Below are positions 51,786 through 63,332 of a stretch of DNA of 64,000 nt, one piece after another. Below the pieces are notes generated by a model. It saw only the letters and a program-made list of their open reading frames with translations. It did not search any database and was not told the origin of the DNA. The position numbers were made by a program, and so were the translations under genes. The stretch is from the NCBI RefSeq assembly GCF_021869535.1, contig NW_026262723.1, positions 41,168,001 to 41,232,000 on the forward strand. Direction: 5' to 3'. Within the stretch, counting starts at the first letter, position 1. Every line of letters begins with the position of its first letter. Source of the stretch: Mytilus californianus. Lineage: Eukaryota.

Positions 51786-52783
51786 TAAAAAAAAAAAACT
51801 GAATTTAAAGAAACCGGGAGACATAAAACCATGGAAATATTAGTATAACATGCAGCATATCATTTTGAAGTCACTACTTTATGGTAACTTTTGTACCGTG
51901 ATACCAACTGCGTACTCGTTCTAAGTCAACGTTCCTTAATCATGTAAATGGATATAACCAAAAGATGACTATATTTGTCATAGGTCACATCTGTTATTTT
52001 TGTCTCCTATGTTGTAAGCTGTTCTGTTTTTATGAATGCTTTCGTATCTACATGAGACAATATCAAAAATTCTCATGCATCTATAACAGTGAATCGATTG
52101 TAGGTGTTCCTCTCTACATTGCAGTTCATTCGATACTGACCCAATTGCAATCTCATCAAATCAAACTGTTCCATGTGGTCAGAAATTTGACTATAAGTAT
52201 TACCATTGAAGAACAACAGTCAAGTCATCAATGTTAGAAGTACTTTGTGAAAAATAAAGCATACTAAACTTTTAATTATATTATGTCTTCAATTGCTTTG
52301 ACATTGTTGTTTATTACACATTTAATATTTAAAAATCATCAAAAACAAATTTTAGGCCTGCATAGATGTTTTGCTAATGCGAGATGTAAGGTATACATAA
52401 ATTGGGTGACAAACCGCACAAGAAACCAAGCGAGTAAAACTCGTGATGTGTATATCTCCCCCCCCCCCCCCATAAAAAGATAACTTTCCAATATTGACAA
52501 CAGGCCTCTATTGTCTTGAAGTAGAAAGTAGAAGTTTCGTCTCGAATACAGGATGTCGTTGGTCAAACGAATTTTTTTTAAATCTGAATTTATTTATGTA
52601 TAGAAGAAAAAGCAATGACTCATCAGTTTAGAGTAAGAAATTAAAATGATGTGTTGGGCGACATGTCTGCTTTGTGACTATTTTCAGCTCGTATTAAATC
52701 TTGACTAGGTGTGTTGCAGGCCTCGACAATAACGCTTGTCCGATTGTCCGGTACCAGAGGAAAAAAGGTCGGACAAGTAAAAG

Positions 52784-54146
52784 CAGGGGCGTAGCTGGCC
52801 TAAAATAAAGTGCAAGCATAAGTCTTGTATCGCCGAGCGGAGCGAGGCCAAAAAATATTTGGGACCTTTTTATGTAGAAAATTATTATTTTTCGGTCATT
52901 TTCCAGGTACTAGTATGCCATGCTTATGAAATTCACATTACTCCTTATTAACATGGTTGTTTTCAAATATAAAATAAGTTTTAAAAAACGGGAAGATCAG
53001 TCGACAAGTCAACCGAAGCGTTTATCAATAGAAGGGCAATCAATGGACACATGACCAACCCGGGAACAGATAAGGCACAAAAGAACAAACAAAAACATTC
53101 AATATTGAAACTAAATACATATAAAAAACACGAACCCCAAAAAAGAAATGTGGCGACCTCCAGTGCTCCGGAAGGGTAAGCAGGTCCTGCTTCTTGCAAG
53201 ACACCCGACCGTAGCGTTTCTAACAAAGGTCATTTTCGAATCAAAGGAGGGGTTTCTACGACAACGGTAGAAGGTCACTTGGGACACAGATACCCAAGGT
53301 GAATTAATAGTCTTTTGGACGAATGGACAATGGGAATTTACGAAATCAAACGGCGACTTTTAAGTCTTGACTTATAAGTGAGGGATATAAATCTAAGATG
53401 TTTTCAAGGTTATTGTATTGAGCCTGTATTATTAAATGTTAATACTGCATGTAAAACTTAAAGTATAGTTAATATCCAAAGTCCGTGTATCTATTTTTTG
53501 CCAAGGCAAATGATCGCAGAACTCTCTCGGTGTCGATATTCATTTCTCTGTGAACATGTATGAGCGCCAACGAAGATAGTCTGTCCTATACCATGGTTGA
53601 ACGGAGATAAGTTTTCAGTCGCCGTAATGCACTAAATGACCGTTCAGTAGTTGATGTAGTTACTGGCATTGTAACTAGGATTGACACGATTGCAAACTAT
53701 TGAAGGATATAGTTCCTTTTTAGTCACTGCTAGAGACGACATCAGAGATTTGGGCTACTCTATAACATCTGGACCCGACCAGCGTCTCTGTCATCTCTTT
53801 ACCTCAGAGTTGAAGGTTTCTTGATTGTCGGTCAAGTCGTGTCTAAATGTTTCGTATAGTTTATCTATGCACTCTGCTGTCAAAGATTCCAAACGTGCAG
53901 GTATAAGGTTCTGGCCTTGAAAACGATCAGAGTTATCCAGTAAACGTCCTGTGAGTTCCTCAATGAAATAGTCAAGAAAGGAGAAATACAAGACTCGCTT
54001 CCAATACTGACTTGGAGTGTCAGCTGGATAGTTAGCCCGGTTGACCTGTCTTCCTACTCATTCGTAATTTAATTTAAGAATTATTTTTTTTGTGAAAAAA
54101 AATGTGCAAGCAAATGATTTTTTGCGTAAAGGCAGCTACGCGCCTG
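52784..54146 (-). mobile_element. Internally deleted hAT element with transposase C-terminal remnant (~53470-54000)
   Basis: TIRs CAGGGGCGTAGCTG / CAGCTACGCGCCTG. Minus-strand translation YFSFLDYFIEELTGRL...EVKR* and ILVTMPVTTSTTERSFSALRRLKTYLRSTMV*DRLSSLALIHVHRE (hAT dimerisation domain, THAP12/PRKRIR-like) with stops. Contains a retro-tail insertion at about 53040-53226. Confidence 0.85.
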
Positions 54147-55189
54147 AAAAGCTATATCAAGCTTGTCCGACGGGACAAGTAAAATTATTCTGCAGAAAAT
54201 AAATTTAATCCAATTTTGATGAACAAAGTAATTATAAACAAAAAACAAGAAAATAAGATAAAAACAAGTATTAATTTGACATGTTTACTTGCAATCGATA
54301 CTTTAAAACTGGTTCTTTGTCAAGTACTTTTTAAGAGGTAAAAGGCATACTTTTCTCAGAAACCAGTCTTACTGATGAATCATTCAGCGATGGATGCGCT
54401 TTGTATATAAGGTAACTTTTCAAGACAGTTCGTCACCAGCTCGGAAAACATTGGGCTCCAAATTTAATAGACAGTTTGGCACCGTAGGAGACATATTTCA
54501 TAGACATGATTAATAGACAGTTTGGCAACGCAGCAGGAGACATTTTGGGACCAAGACAAATCAGTACCTTGTTTTCCGACCTTATTCTGTTGCTTTATAA
54601 TAAATACCATACTGGTAATTTTTTTAACAAAAAATATTTTTTAAATAAAAAAAAAATTATGTACCATAAAATTCACAAAATCATATTTGATCATATGAAG
54701 AAAAAAACAATACTTGCAATACCGTGACATATAGTTGTTAATTTCTGTGTCATTTTGGTCTCTTGCAGAGAGTTTTCTCATTGGCAATCATATTGATTGC
54801 ATTTGAAAAAACTTTTTTCAACTTAAAAACCAAGATACAAATCCAATGAGTGTACATTGACAGGCCTATCAGACGGTGCCTCATGTGCAGAGTCTGATGA
54901 GACTTTGGCATTGAAGAAAGCTAGAACCTAAGTCCTGTGACATGACTAGATTCAGTTGTTCTTAACTCATATTTTTGAAAAGTATATCAAAAGATATAAA
55001 TCAAATTCTGTTCTATTGTTTTAATTCATTTTGTTCCTTGAATCAACTTAAAATGCAAAAAAGGTTATTATTAAGATTTTTTTTGGACAAGGATCAGGCC
55101 TATTCTTTCCCCCTAGTAACGCGAAATCTAATTTCCCCCTTGTAGTAACGTCGGTGACGTCAGTTGGAAATTAATTATCCATTACAGGA

Positions 55190-56160
55190 TGGAAACAAAC
55201 TGCATGTGGAGATGTTAACAGACTGCATGTGGAGATGTTAACAGACTGGTGGACCCATAGACAGACTTTTAGACATGTCGACAGACTAATGGACACATAA
55301 CTTTACCGGTGGGTGAACATGTTGACTGACTGGTGGACACGTAGACGAACTGGCGGACACGTAGATAGACTAATGAACATGTCAAATGACTGGTTGTTAT
55401 GTAGACAGAGTGGTTAACATATAGAGAGACTTGCGGAGGCGCACAGACCACAGGCACTTGTCTCTGAATTTTTTTCCTATATACCTTAATATAACACTTG
55501 TTAGATTTTTTTTCACGGAATCTTTTACAAATTTACTATCTGGATGATAAGCTCTATTCAGACAAAAACCAACAGGTATTTTTGAAATACATTTTATAAT
55601 TAATCATTTACTCCAATCGGCTGAGCTGTGGGAATACGAAATAATTACGGTTGAAATACTTGGGGAGGCCTGCTAATGATCCCGACAAAAAAGGTAGGCG
55701 TGTTATACACCATTGTGTAGATAAATCAATTTAAATTTATGGCATAACAAGTTTTAGTGGGTAGATAACCGAGAAATCGAAATATAACAGAAGTTCGCGA
55801 CCGGGTTACATTTTTCAAAAATACGAGTTAAGTACCTTGTGTTATATAAAGGTACTATAGTATATAAGGAAAAAAATTCAGAGACAGGAGCCTGTGACAC
55901 AGACTGGTGGATATGTAAACAGACTTGTAGGCCTGTCGACAGACTGGTTAGTATATATACACAATCTGTTGAACATGTAAACGGATCTTTGGACATATAC
56001 ACAGATTGGTTGACATGTTAACAGACTACTGGCCATCAAGATCGACAGACTAATGGACATTTAGACAGACGAGTGGCCATGCAGAAATGTACTCAGATTT
56101 GTGGATATGTGATGGAATCACCATACTATCTGGCATGCACAGACGGCTGCACAAACATAA
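55190..56160. repeat. Degenerate minisatellite (ACAGACTGGTGGACA-type) split by a MITE
   Basis: Repeated CAGACT/GGAC/CATGT motifs at 55190-55448 and 55897-56160. Confidence 0.65.
55449..55896. mobile_element. MITE with CACAG...CTGTG termini (EnSpm/CMC-like)
   Basis: TIRs of about 36 bp: CACAGGCACTTGTCTCTGAATTTTTTTCCTATATAC / GTATATAAGGAAAAAAATTCAGAGACAGGAGCCTGTG. Confidence 0.75.
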
Positions 56161-56215
56161 AGTTCAATGTTTATTGTAGGGTAACTCCTTTAAATAAGTT
56201 CTATACCGATGTCCG

Positions 56216-57330
56216 TTTTAGCTCACATGGCCCAATGGGCCAAGTGAGCTTTTCTCATCACTTGGCGTCCGTCGTCCGTCGTCGTCTGTTAACTTTTACA
56301 AAAATATTCTCCTTTAAAACTACTTGGCCAAATTTAACCAAACTTGGCCACAATTATCATTGGGGTATCTAGTTTTAAAAAAGAGTCCGATGATCCCACC
56401 TGCCAACCAAGATGACCGATATGGCTAAAACTAGAACATAGGGGTAAATTGCAAGATTTGTCTAATATTTTGAAAAAGGTTATAAGTAGAGAAAATCTGA
56501 CAAAGACAAAAATGTTCGGAATGTTGAGCTCTTCAAATTGTTTATATACGCCAAAACTGTCAAACAACTTATAGGAGTTATTGCCCTTAAATGACAAATT
56601 TTACCATTTTTTTCCTATTTCTTGAAAACTATAATAGATAGAGAGAAACTTTAAATTGCAAAAATGATCAGCAAGACAAGTTCTACAAATAAGTCTTATG
56701 GTCGAAATCATCAGTCTACTCCTTATTAGAGTTATTGCCCTTTGATGAAAATTAATATCAATTATTTGCGTTTTTGCCTTATACAGTGTATCTTAAAAAT
56801 TATAATAGATAGTATAAAATGAAATAAGCAAAAATGATCAGCAAGACAAGATTTTCAATTATGATAATATGGATTTTTTTTTTGGCGTTTTACCTTATAT
56901 GACACTTTAAAATCACAAAAATTATTAGCAAGTCAAGTTCTACTAACACGTCAAATTTTGCTGATATAAATAGTAGACTGCCACTCTTTATAGGAGTGAT
57001 TGCCCTTAATCAAGGAATTTTTTCAAGTTACCCTCTTTTGTGTTTTGAGCAAGAACAAAATATTTTTATATTAAAGTGCAACTTGAATTGTAACAAACAA
57101 TCATATTCAAATATACAATTGATTTTCAGCCAGCCAAATAGGCTTATGATGCACTGATAGATAGCCATATATATAGAAACTAAACAGAATAAATGATCAG
57201 CAATACAAGATCAACAAAAAAGAGATTTTTGTCATGAATTCTATTCTCATCTACAATGTTGAAGATTGTCCTTTGTTGAATATGCACATAGACCAATGCG
57301 AGCGACACATGCTCTTTAGAGCCTCTAGTT
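56216..57330 (+). mobile_element. Helentron/DINE-like element, family R5
   Basis: Left TTTTAGCTCACATGGCCCAATGGGCCAAGTGAGCT hairpin, (CGTC)n, tandem subunits, right GCGAGCGACACATGCTCTTTAGAGCCTCTAGTT. Degenerate relatives at about 28830-29580 and 33790-34560. Confidence 0.75.
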
Positions 57331-58334
57331 CATGATGTTAAATATATGAAAGGATGGACCATGGGTATATAACACCCCACCCGTATCAGCTTCAGTGTAG
57401 GATTTTTTCGTTATTGTCGGCCTGAACATGCATGAAATATTTATAACTGAACGTAAAGCTTACAACAATCAATCAATCGATATTGTATTGTATTTTGTAA
57501 TTATGACCACATGTGCAGTTACGGTCTGTATTTTCTGCAGACGTCAAGAGTATTTCAATGTCAAACAGAAGACAGCCGTTTCTCCAGTTAAAACGTTTGA
57601 CAAATTCTGAACGTCTATCGAAAATGCAGACCATGTATATAACTATTATAATATATTTGATCTATACACTGATTATATAGACGACTTGTAATAAACAATA
57701 ATTATCACTCTGACGTTTAAAGAATCCATTTATTAATCTTTTTTTTTTTTGGGGGGGGGGGGGGGGGGGTAAAATAGAATTATCTGAGATCGCTGTCAAA
57801 CTGATTGGTCTTATTTACTCAGCCATGCTAGATTGCTGTGACGTTGTCTTCCTTGAAATACGGAGTGTTCGTCATTGTCTTTTCAATGGGTTTCCCTATA
57901 TAATGACGTCTTCATTTGATGACCAAAAGGGATATTGGCATCATATTTAGAGATTATAACCGTATGGACGTTATATTAACAGGTTAACTATTACCACCTA
58001 TAAACGTCATTGCTATCAATTTTGAAGAAACCAGTCTCCCATGATTATTGATTCTATCTTAGCATCACGTTTGTCTATTAAATTACTATAACCTCATGCA
58101 TACCAAAATGTGTATTAATACGTTTTATCATTCCCGTAAAAAAATGAATTATAATAAGACTACAGATGAAAAGAGTCGTTATTCCTCACAATATGTTTGA
58201 GTGGAATTGAGCATAAAGAGAACACTATAATATAAACAATTGTCAGAGTACATTGTAAATTATGATTTTTTTTTATTTCTATTGTTATAACATTTAGTGT
58301 TCCGTATCAGCGTTCAATAAAATTTTCTTGTCTT

Positions 58335-58640
58335 AAATATTGCCAGAAATATCAAATGCTTTTAACATCCTCTCCATATCTGTGTTCATGTGAACGTGCA
58401 ATATTGCAAGTCCTCAGCGATGAGGATTAATATTAACACATTCAACTTGAAAATGACCTTTCACAGCAAACAGAAGTAAATGGAAGGATAAGAAGTAGAT
58501 TCAAAGTTAAATAAACATTCGGAAATAGCTGTCAGTAATCTTTATAGTTTCCTATAGACTAGTTCGCGCTGGAGTACAATTCTGAATTGTGGTTCGACGG
58601 TTTTCAAGAAAAGATGAATTTCTACGCTTTCGTACGACTG
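58335..58640 (-). pseudogene. Second, unrelated hAT transposase C-terminal remnant
   Basis: Minus-strand QLFPNVYLTLNLLLILPFTSVCCERSFSS* and GLAILHVHMNTDMERMLKAFDISGNI*, with frameshifts and an internal deletion. Confidence 0.7.
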
Positions 58641-59009
58641 TTGCGTGAAGTCATACAATATCAACTATCATTCTTACTTCCATGATTATAATGTTAAATT
58701 CTGTAAGTTACGTTACGTAAATAAACAATTCTTCGCATCCATGTATCATTGCCGTTTTAAAGTAAAGGCGGAAGATTTCAAACGGACATTCAAACTCATA
58801 TAAGTCGAAGACAAACTGACAAACGCCATGGCGAAAAACGACCAAAAGACAAACAACAGTCTACAAAATTCAACATATAACTCTAAAGTCTGAGCAACAC
58901 ACACTCCACAAAAAACCGGGATGATAGCAGGTGCTCCAGAAGGGCCAGCAGGTCCTGCTCCACATGTGAAAGTAATTAATTTCCCTCCATTGTGCTACGG
59001 CCCTGCATG

Positions 59010-61037
59010 TCAATCTTTGTATAGATTGTCTGGTATAAGTAATGATTTGCGAATGTTGTGGATGATCATGAAATACTGGTTTGATTCCTTTTTAGCAGGT
59101 ACTTTCATGTTCCTATTTGTAATAGAAGTAGTTTTAGACACGATATCAAACGCCCTTGATTCAGTTGACTCCATGCGATCCGAGCTTCCACCTATTACAA
59201 ACACTTTACCATTATAAAATGCTGTACCGAATCCAAACATTGTTTGTTTGTGCACTGAACCTAAAACAACCGGATCTTTACCATGTTCATATAAAACCAC
59301 ATCGCCTTTAGGACCAACAATGTATGCTACATCTTCATTCATTACTAGTCCACTAAAACTGCACATTATTGGTAACTTTGAAAACGAGGTGCACGAGTTA
59401 GTTGTTAAATCGTATACCTGAATAGCAGAAACAAACTCACCAAAGGATTTATTACCCCCAAACACTATAATGCTTTCATTAAATATTGCACATGAAGGAT
59501 TAGATACTGCAATACTGAGAGCACCCATGCGATTCCATGACTTATCCGTTATATTGTATTTATCTACAAATGGCCATACTACGATTCTATCCTGACTTCC
59601 ACCAATCATATACAGATTATCATTTTTTATGACCATGGCATGGTCTGCGCGTCCATATTTAAACTCAATTGGACCTAATTTCTGCCATTTATTTGAAGGA
59701 AAATTGAATCGGTGAAAAGCTGTTGGATTTCCACTACCTCCGCATATATAAATATCACTGTCGTTGGAACATGCGCCATACGAACCTCCTGTCGAATGAT
59801 TTGGTAACCCCGGTAACTGGTACCAAGTGTTGTTTACAAAACTAAAGCATGCTAAATGAAGTCCTGGTATATAACTAGAGGACCACATAACAACCATGAC
59901 GTCTTCTGTTTCAAATGTTCTGGTTTGTTCAGTTTTATTGATCTTGTTTTTTATTACATCATTGACATACTGAACACAGTTTCGGTCTTTTTTTACCAAA
60001 GGATTTTCCAAAGTTTTTTCTAACGCACTTTCTAAAACTAGTGAAAGTCTAACATTTTTCATAAGATCAGTAATTTCGACTTTATCTTTCTGGTGTTTAA
60101 TCCATAATAGTAAAACTTTTAAGATCGTATATTCATTTTCTGCATTTATCTGGTCATTTTGCAAGATTCTATTTATCATGATTTTTGTAAGTGTAAGGAA
60201 TTCTTTGTTATTAGACACAGTACTAAAATGGCGACACACAAAGCTGATCCCTTTAGACATCAGATAATCAGATCCAACTGCATCGCCGAGTTTTACCACG
60301 TCAATGCAATTGTCAATTTCAATATGGCGTACCATAAAACGTTCACATTGAGCTTGAAGTAAAGGAATTTGCAAATATGATGAGGTAGACATCAAATCCT
60401 GAACATTCTGTATTGTAACTGTAATTTCCCCAGTATACATAAAGTCAAGAATCTTACTGAACGTCTTTTTATCTACATCATGAATTATAACTTCATCTTG
60501 ATGAAGCTCGCTGAGCTTCGAAGAAAACATGGCGTCAAAATATGCAGAAAAAGCCGCTAAAATAACCTTATGACAGAAAAATTTCTGTTTTTGTATGAGA
60601 ATAGTTATATCAGATAATATATTGTTCTTTCTTGCATTTGCTAGTGTGTCACCAAAGGTCAAATTTCGTTGTTTAACAAATTCTTCGTGTAAACAGCTTT
60701 GTTTTCTTGTGCCCTTTGTCAGATGTGGTATTGGCAACCCAAACATTTTTGCTGTTGATAAAAAAATGTCGGTAAAATCCTGAGGTTTTATTGTTGATTT
60801 ATAGAGCATTGATAGAAAATGTGCTACATTATTGAGACATGTTTCTACATTCAAAGAATTTTCACAAGATGTTGCTGTTTCTTTTTTATGAGAAAGTTTA
60901 CATAAACTGGAAAACAGGATTTGATGACACTGGATACTTCCATCTTTGGCTTTTATAGTAAAATCAAGATATTGCTCTAAAGTCCAGCATTTTTCCAAAT
61001 TACGAAGAATACTTAAAACATGCGCTTCAGATACCAT
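59010..61037 (-). CDS. Kelch-like protein with tandem BTB-BTB-BACK-Kelch architecture, single large coding exon, 675 aa from the first post-acceptor ATG
   Basis: Acceptor TTTTTTCAG immediately precedes ATG 61037 (MVSEAHV...). Degenerate BTB1 (LDFTIKAKDGSIQCHQILFSSL), BTB2 (LSDITILIQKQKFFCHKVILAAFSAYFDAMF), BACK, Kelch repeats (YICGG, YMIGG, IVFGG, FVIGG). A candidate upstream exon ends at a consensus donor AG|GTAAGT at 61854/61853. Confidence 0.9.
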   Translation of the reverse strand: MVSEAHVLSILRNLEKCWTLEQYLDFTIKAKDGSIQCHQILFSSLCKLSHKKETATSCENSLNVETCLNNVAHFLSMLYKSTIKPQDFTDIFLSTAKMFGLPIPHLTKGTRKQSCLHEEFVKQRNLTFGDTLANARKNNILSDITILIQKQKFFCHKVILAAFSAYFDAMFSSKLSELHQDEVIIHDVDKKTFSKILDFMYTGEITVTIQNVQDLMSTSSYLQIPLLQAQCERFMVRHIEIDNCIDVVKLGDAVGSDYLMSKGISFVCRHFSTVSNNKEFLTLTKIMINRILQNDQINAENEYTILKVLLLWIKHQKDKVEITDLMKNVRLSLVLESALEKTLENPLVKKDRNCVQYVNDVIKNKINKTEQTRTFETEDVMVVMWSSSYIPGLHLACFSFVNNTWYQLPGLPNHSTGGSYGACSNDSDIYICGGSGNPTAFHRFNFPSNKWQKLGPIEFKYGRADHAMVIKNDNLYMIGGSQDRIVVWPFVDKYNITDKSWNRMGALSIAVSNPSCAIFNESIIVFGGNKSFGEFVSAIQVYDLTTNSCTSFSKLPIMCSFSGLVMNEDVAYIVGPKGDVVLYEHGKDPVVLGSVHKQTMFGFGTAFYNGKVFVIGGSSDRMESTESRAFDIVSKTTSITNRNMKVPAKKESNQYFMIIHNIRKSLLIPDNLYKD

Positions 61038-62320
61038 CTGAAAAAAATTAAGCGTGAAAGAAAAATTAAATGATAATACATGACATCTATATAAGTCGGG
61101 TGAGGTCTGAACTGAAAACATAGGCAACTTCAAATATCGGTAGATCTATACCAGACATATTTAGCATGTTTACAATTTAGAATAATTATGGGTGTTCTGC
61201 AAAATCAGAACCGCCAACACCATATCTAATCTTCTTTTTTGTAAATGAGCTTTTTGTCTAATTTGTGTTTATACCCCTAAAAATGCCCTCTATATCATAC
61301 TGAAAAGCTTTACCGACTAAAAGATAACTGGTTCTATAGACATAAAAAAAAGAATTTTGACAATATTCGACCAAGCCAGATTTATATACTATAAAAATCC
61401 TTGACTTGACTATAGTGGAATCCTTTAATAGAACATTAAAAAATGACAAATCGCCAGTTGGTCCCAAACATCTAGAAACGAGATAAATTATCATAATTAG
61501 TTAGCTGGTAGAACTACTATATAAATAAAAATATATATAATATGCCTGTTTGGTTAAATTCCAGTGGCAAATAGTTCGTGCATATCGAGGACGATGCATA
61601 CCAAGAATTAGCAAGATCGCATGTGATCTGTAATTTAGTTTACAATATAATTTGTTCACGTCAAGCAGTTATTCGTTTTCAAAGCCATTATACTTTACTA
61701 TTGCTTTGCAATGTTTAACATGTTTAAAGGGAAATAACCTACTTAGGTATTCCATATATGAAATGATTGAAAACATTACATTGTATGTGATGCCCAATAT
61801 ACTTCACTAGCAAATTAAATTTCATTCCGACCTCTAAAGTAAGTAATACTTACCTTTAAAATCGAACAGATTTTCGTCTTTGTGAAGCAGGTTAACACCT
61901 TCGCAACATAAAAGATCTTTTTGTTTACGCTGTTGTGAGGATAAAAGGGAAATAATGCAATTTAATTCGTGGCGCGAAGTATGAATTGGTTTTTATGGAT
62001 TCGAACAGCAATCTGAAATTTTGTCAATATTTTGTGGCCTAGTGACAGGTAAGACAAAACTGTATTGCAAAACAGAAACTATGGTGGGTTTTAAAGCAGT
62101 ACAAAACACAGCATTTTCACAACATAAGAAAAAATATGAATCATATCTATTTTTATGATTTACCAACACGGGCCTCAATTCTAACAAGATTCTGACTATT
62201 ATAACACTGTGTCATAGTAGTCTCAGATTCTGATAACTAAACTGACTAATCAATGGCGCCTGAAATACAGATGAACATATACAAGTTGCAATGAAACCAC
62301 TTCAGATGTCTCTTGAGGGG

Positions 62321-62407
62321 ACAATCTAATTAAAATATAGATCTCTGATTTCGTTATACTACATATGAGTATAACGAAATCAGAGATCTATATTTTAATT
62401 AGATTGT
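62321..62407. repeat. Perfect 40-bp-arm palindrome with 7-nt loop, flanked by a direct repeat
   Basis: ACAATCTAATTAAAATATAGATCTCTGATTTCGTTATACT-ACATATG-reverse complement; TGAGGGG on both sides. Confidence 0.9.
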
Positions 62408-62919
62408 TGAGGGGATGGACTAGCTGACACGAGGGTGCATATTTTCCCGAATCCTTCTTTGAAAAAAAATTTCCAATTCCAACTTTTACCCAGATCACAC
62501 TTTATTTTTTCCTATATCTCACATCCCAACATTTTTTGTCCCTATATCCAGATCTTAAGTATGTCAACCCTTCTCTGTTCGCATCAGTTGTGGGAGGTCG
62601 TGACTTAAAACGCCTGCCAAAGAAAGTTAGTATTTTCTGTATCTCTCCTAAGCGGCATTACGTTAGCGGTCATCCATTATTGTCAACCATTTTCTTAAGT
62701 GTACAAAAAGACCACTTTATCAGACCCCAATCCTCCCTCTAAAAGCGTACATCTACCATTTTCAGATGTCAAGACCAGAATGAATCATCGTGTTGATACA
62801 TAGTCCTAACAATATTGAGTTCTATTCGACCCTACAAAAGGTGTTCATGTTTATTATAGGTTTGTCAATGAGTTTAATATTGGGATCTGCAGAATATTTC
62901 ACTGGAATATACCTGCCTG

Positions 62920-63332
62920 TTTTATACGCCCATTTATGGGACGTATTATGGTATACCGTTGTCCGTCCGTCCGTCGCCAACATGTCGGACAATAACTCAA
63001 AAACGTTTTAACCAATTTGCATGAAACTTTGGTGAATTGGTTTATATCTATTGACGTGAGCTCCCTTTCGATTTTTATAAATACTAGATTTTACGTTTCC
63101 GAGTTATGTAATTTTATTCATAAAAAGAGGTGATTTCCCAGTTTTAGGACAATAACTCAAAAGTGCTTCGAGTAGTTTTCATGAAACTTTGGTGACTGTT
63201 TTATATCTATTAAAATAATATCCCTTACGTTTTTTTTAATAAATTTCTGATAGGACATTGATGAGTTATATAATTGGAACTTATTCTCTGAAAAAGCGAC
63301 GGGCGTATCATGCGCTCATGGCGCAGCTCTTC
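62920..63332 (+). mobile_element. Family R3 Helentron/DINE-like element
   Basis: subTIR ATACGCCC/GGGCGTAT, (CCGT)n, 3' hairpin TGCGCTCATGGCGCA. Confidence 0.85.

Noticed and set aside
61038-61133. N-terminal extension (MKLPMFSVQ...) in the 707-aa ORF call
   Set aside because: It runs through a polypyrimidine tract and CAG acceptor (translated FNFSFTLNFFQ), so it is intronic.
61785-61800. TGTGATGCCCAAT identical to the 5' end of snoRNA A2
   Set aside because: No box C completion, guide, box D or closing stem; a chance match.
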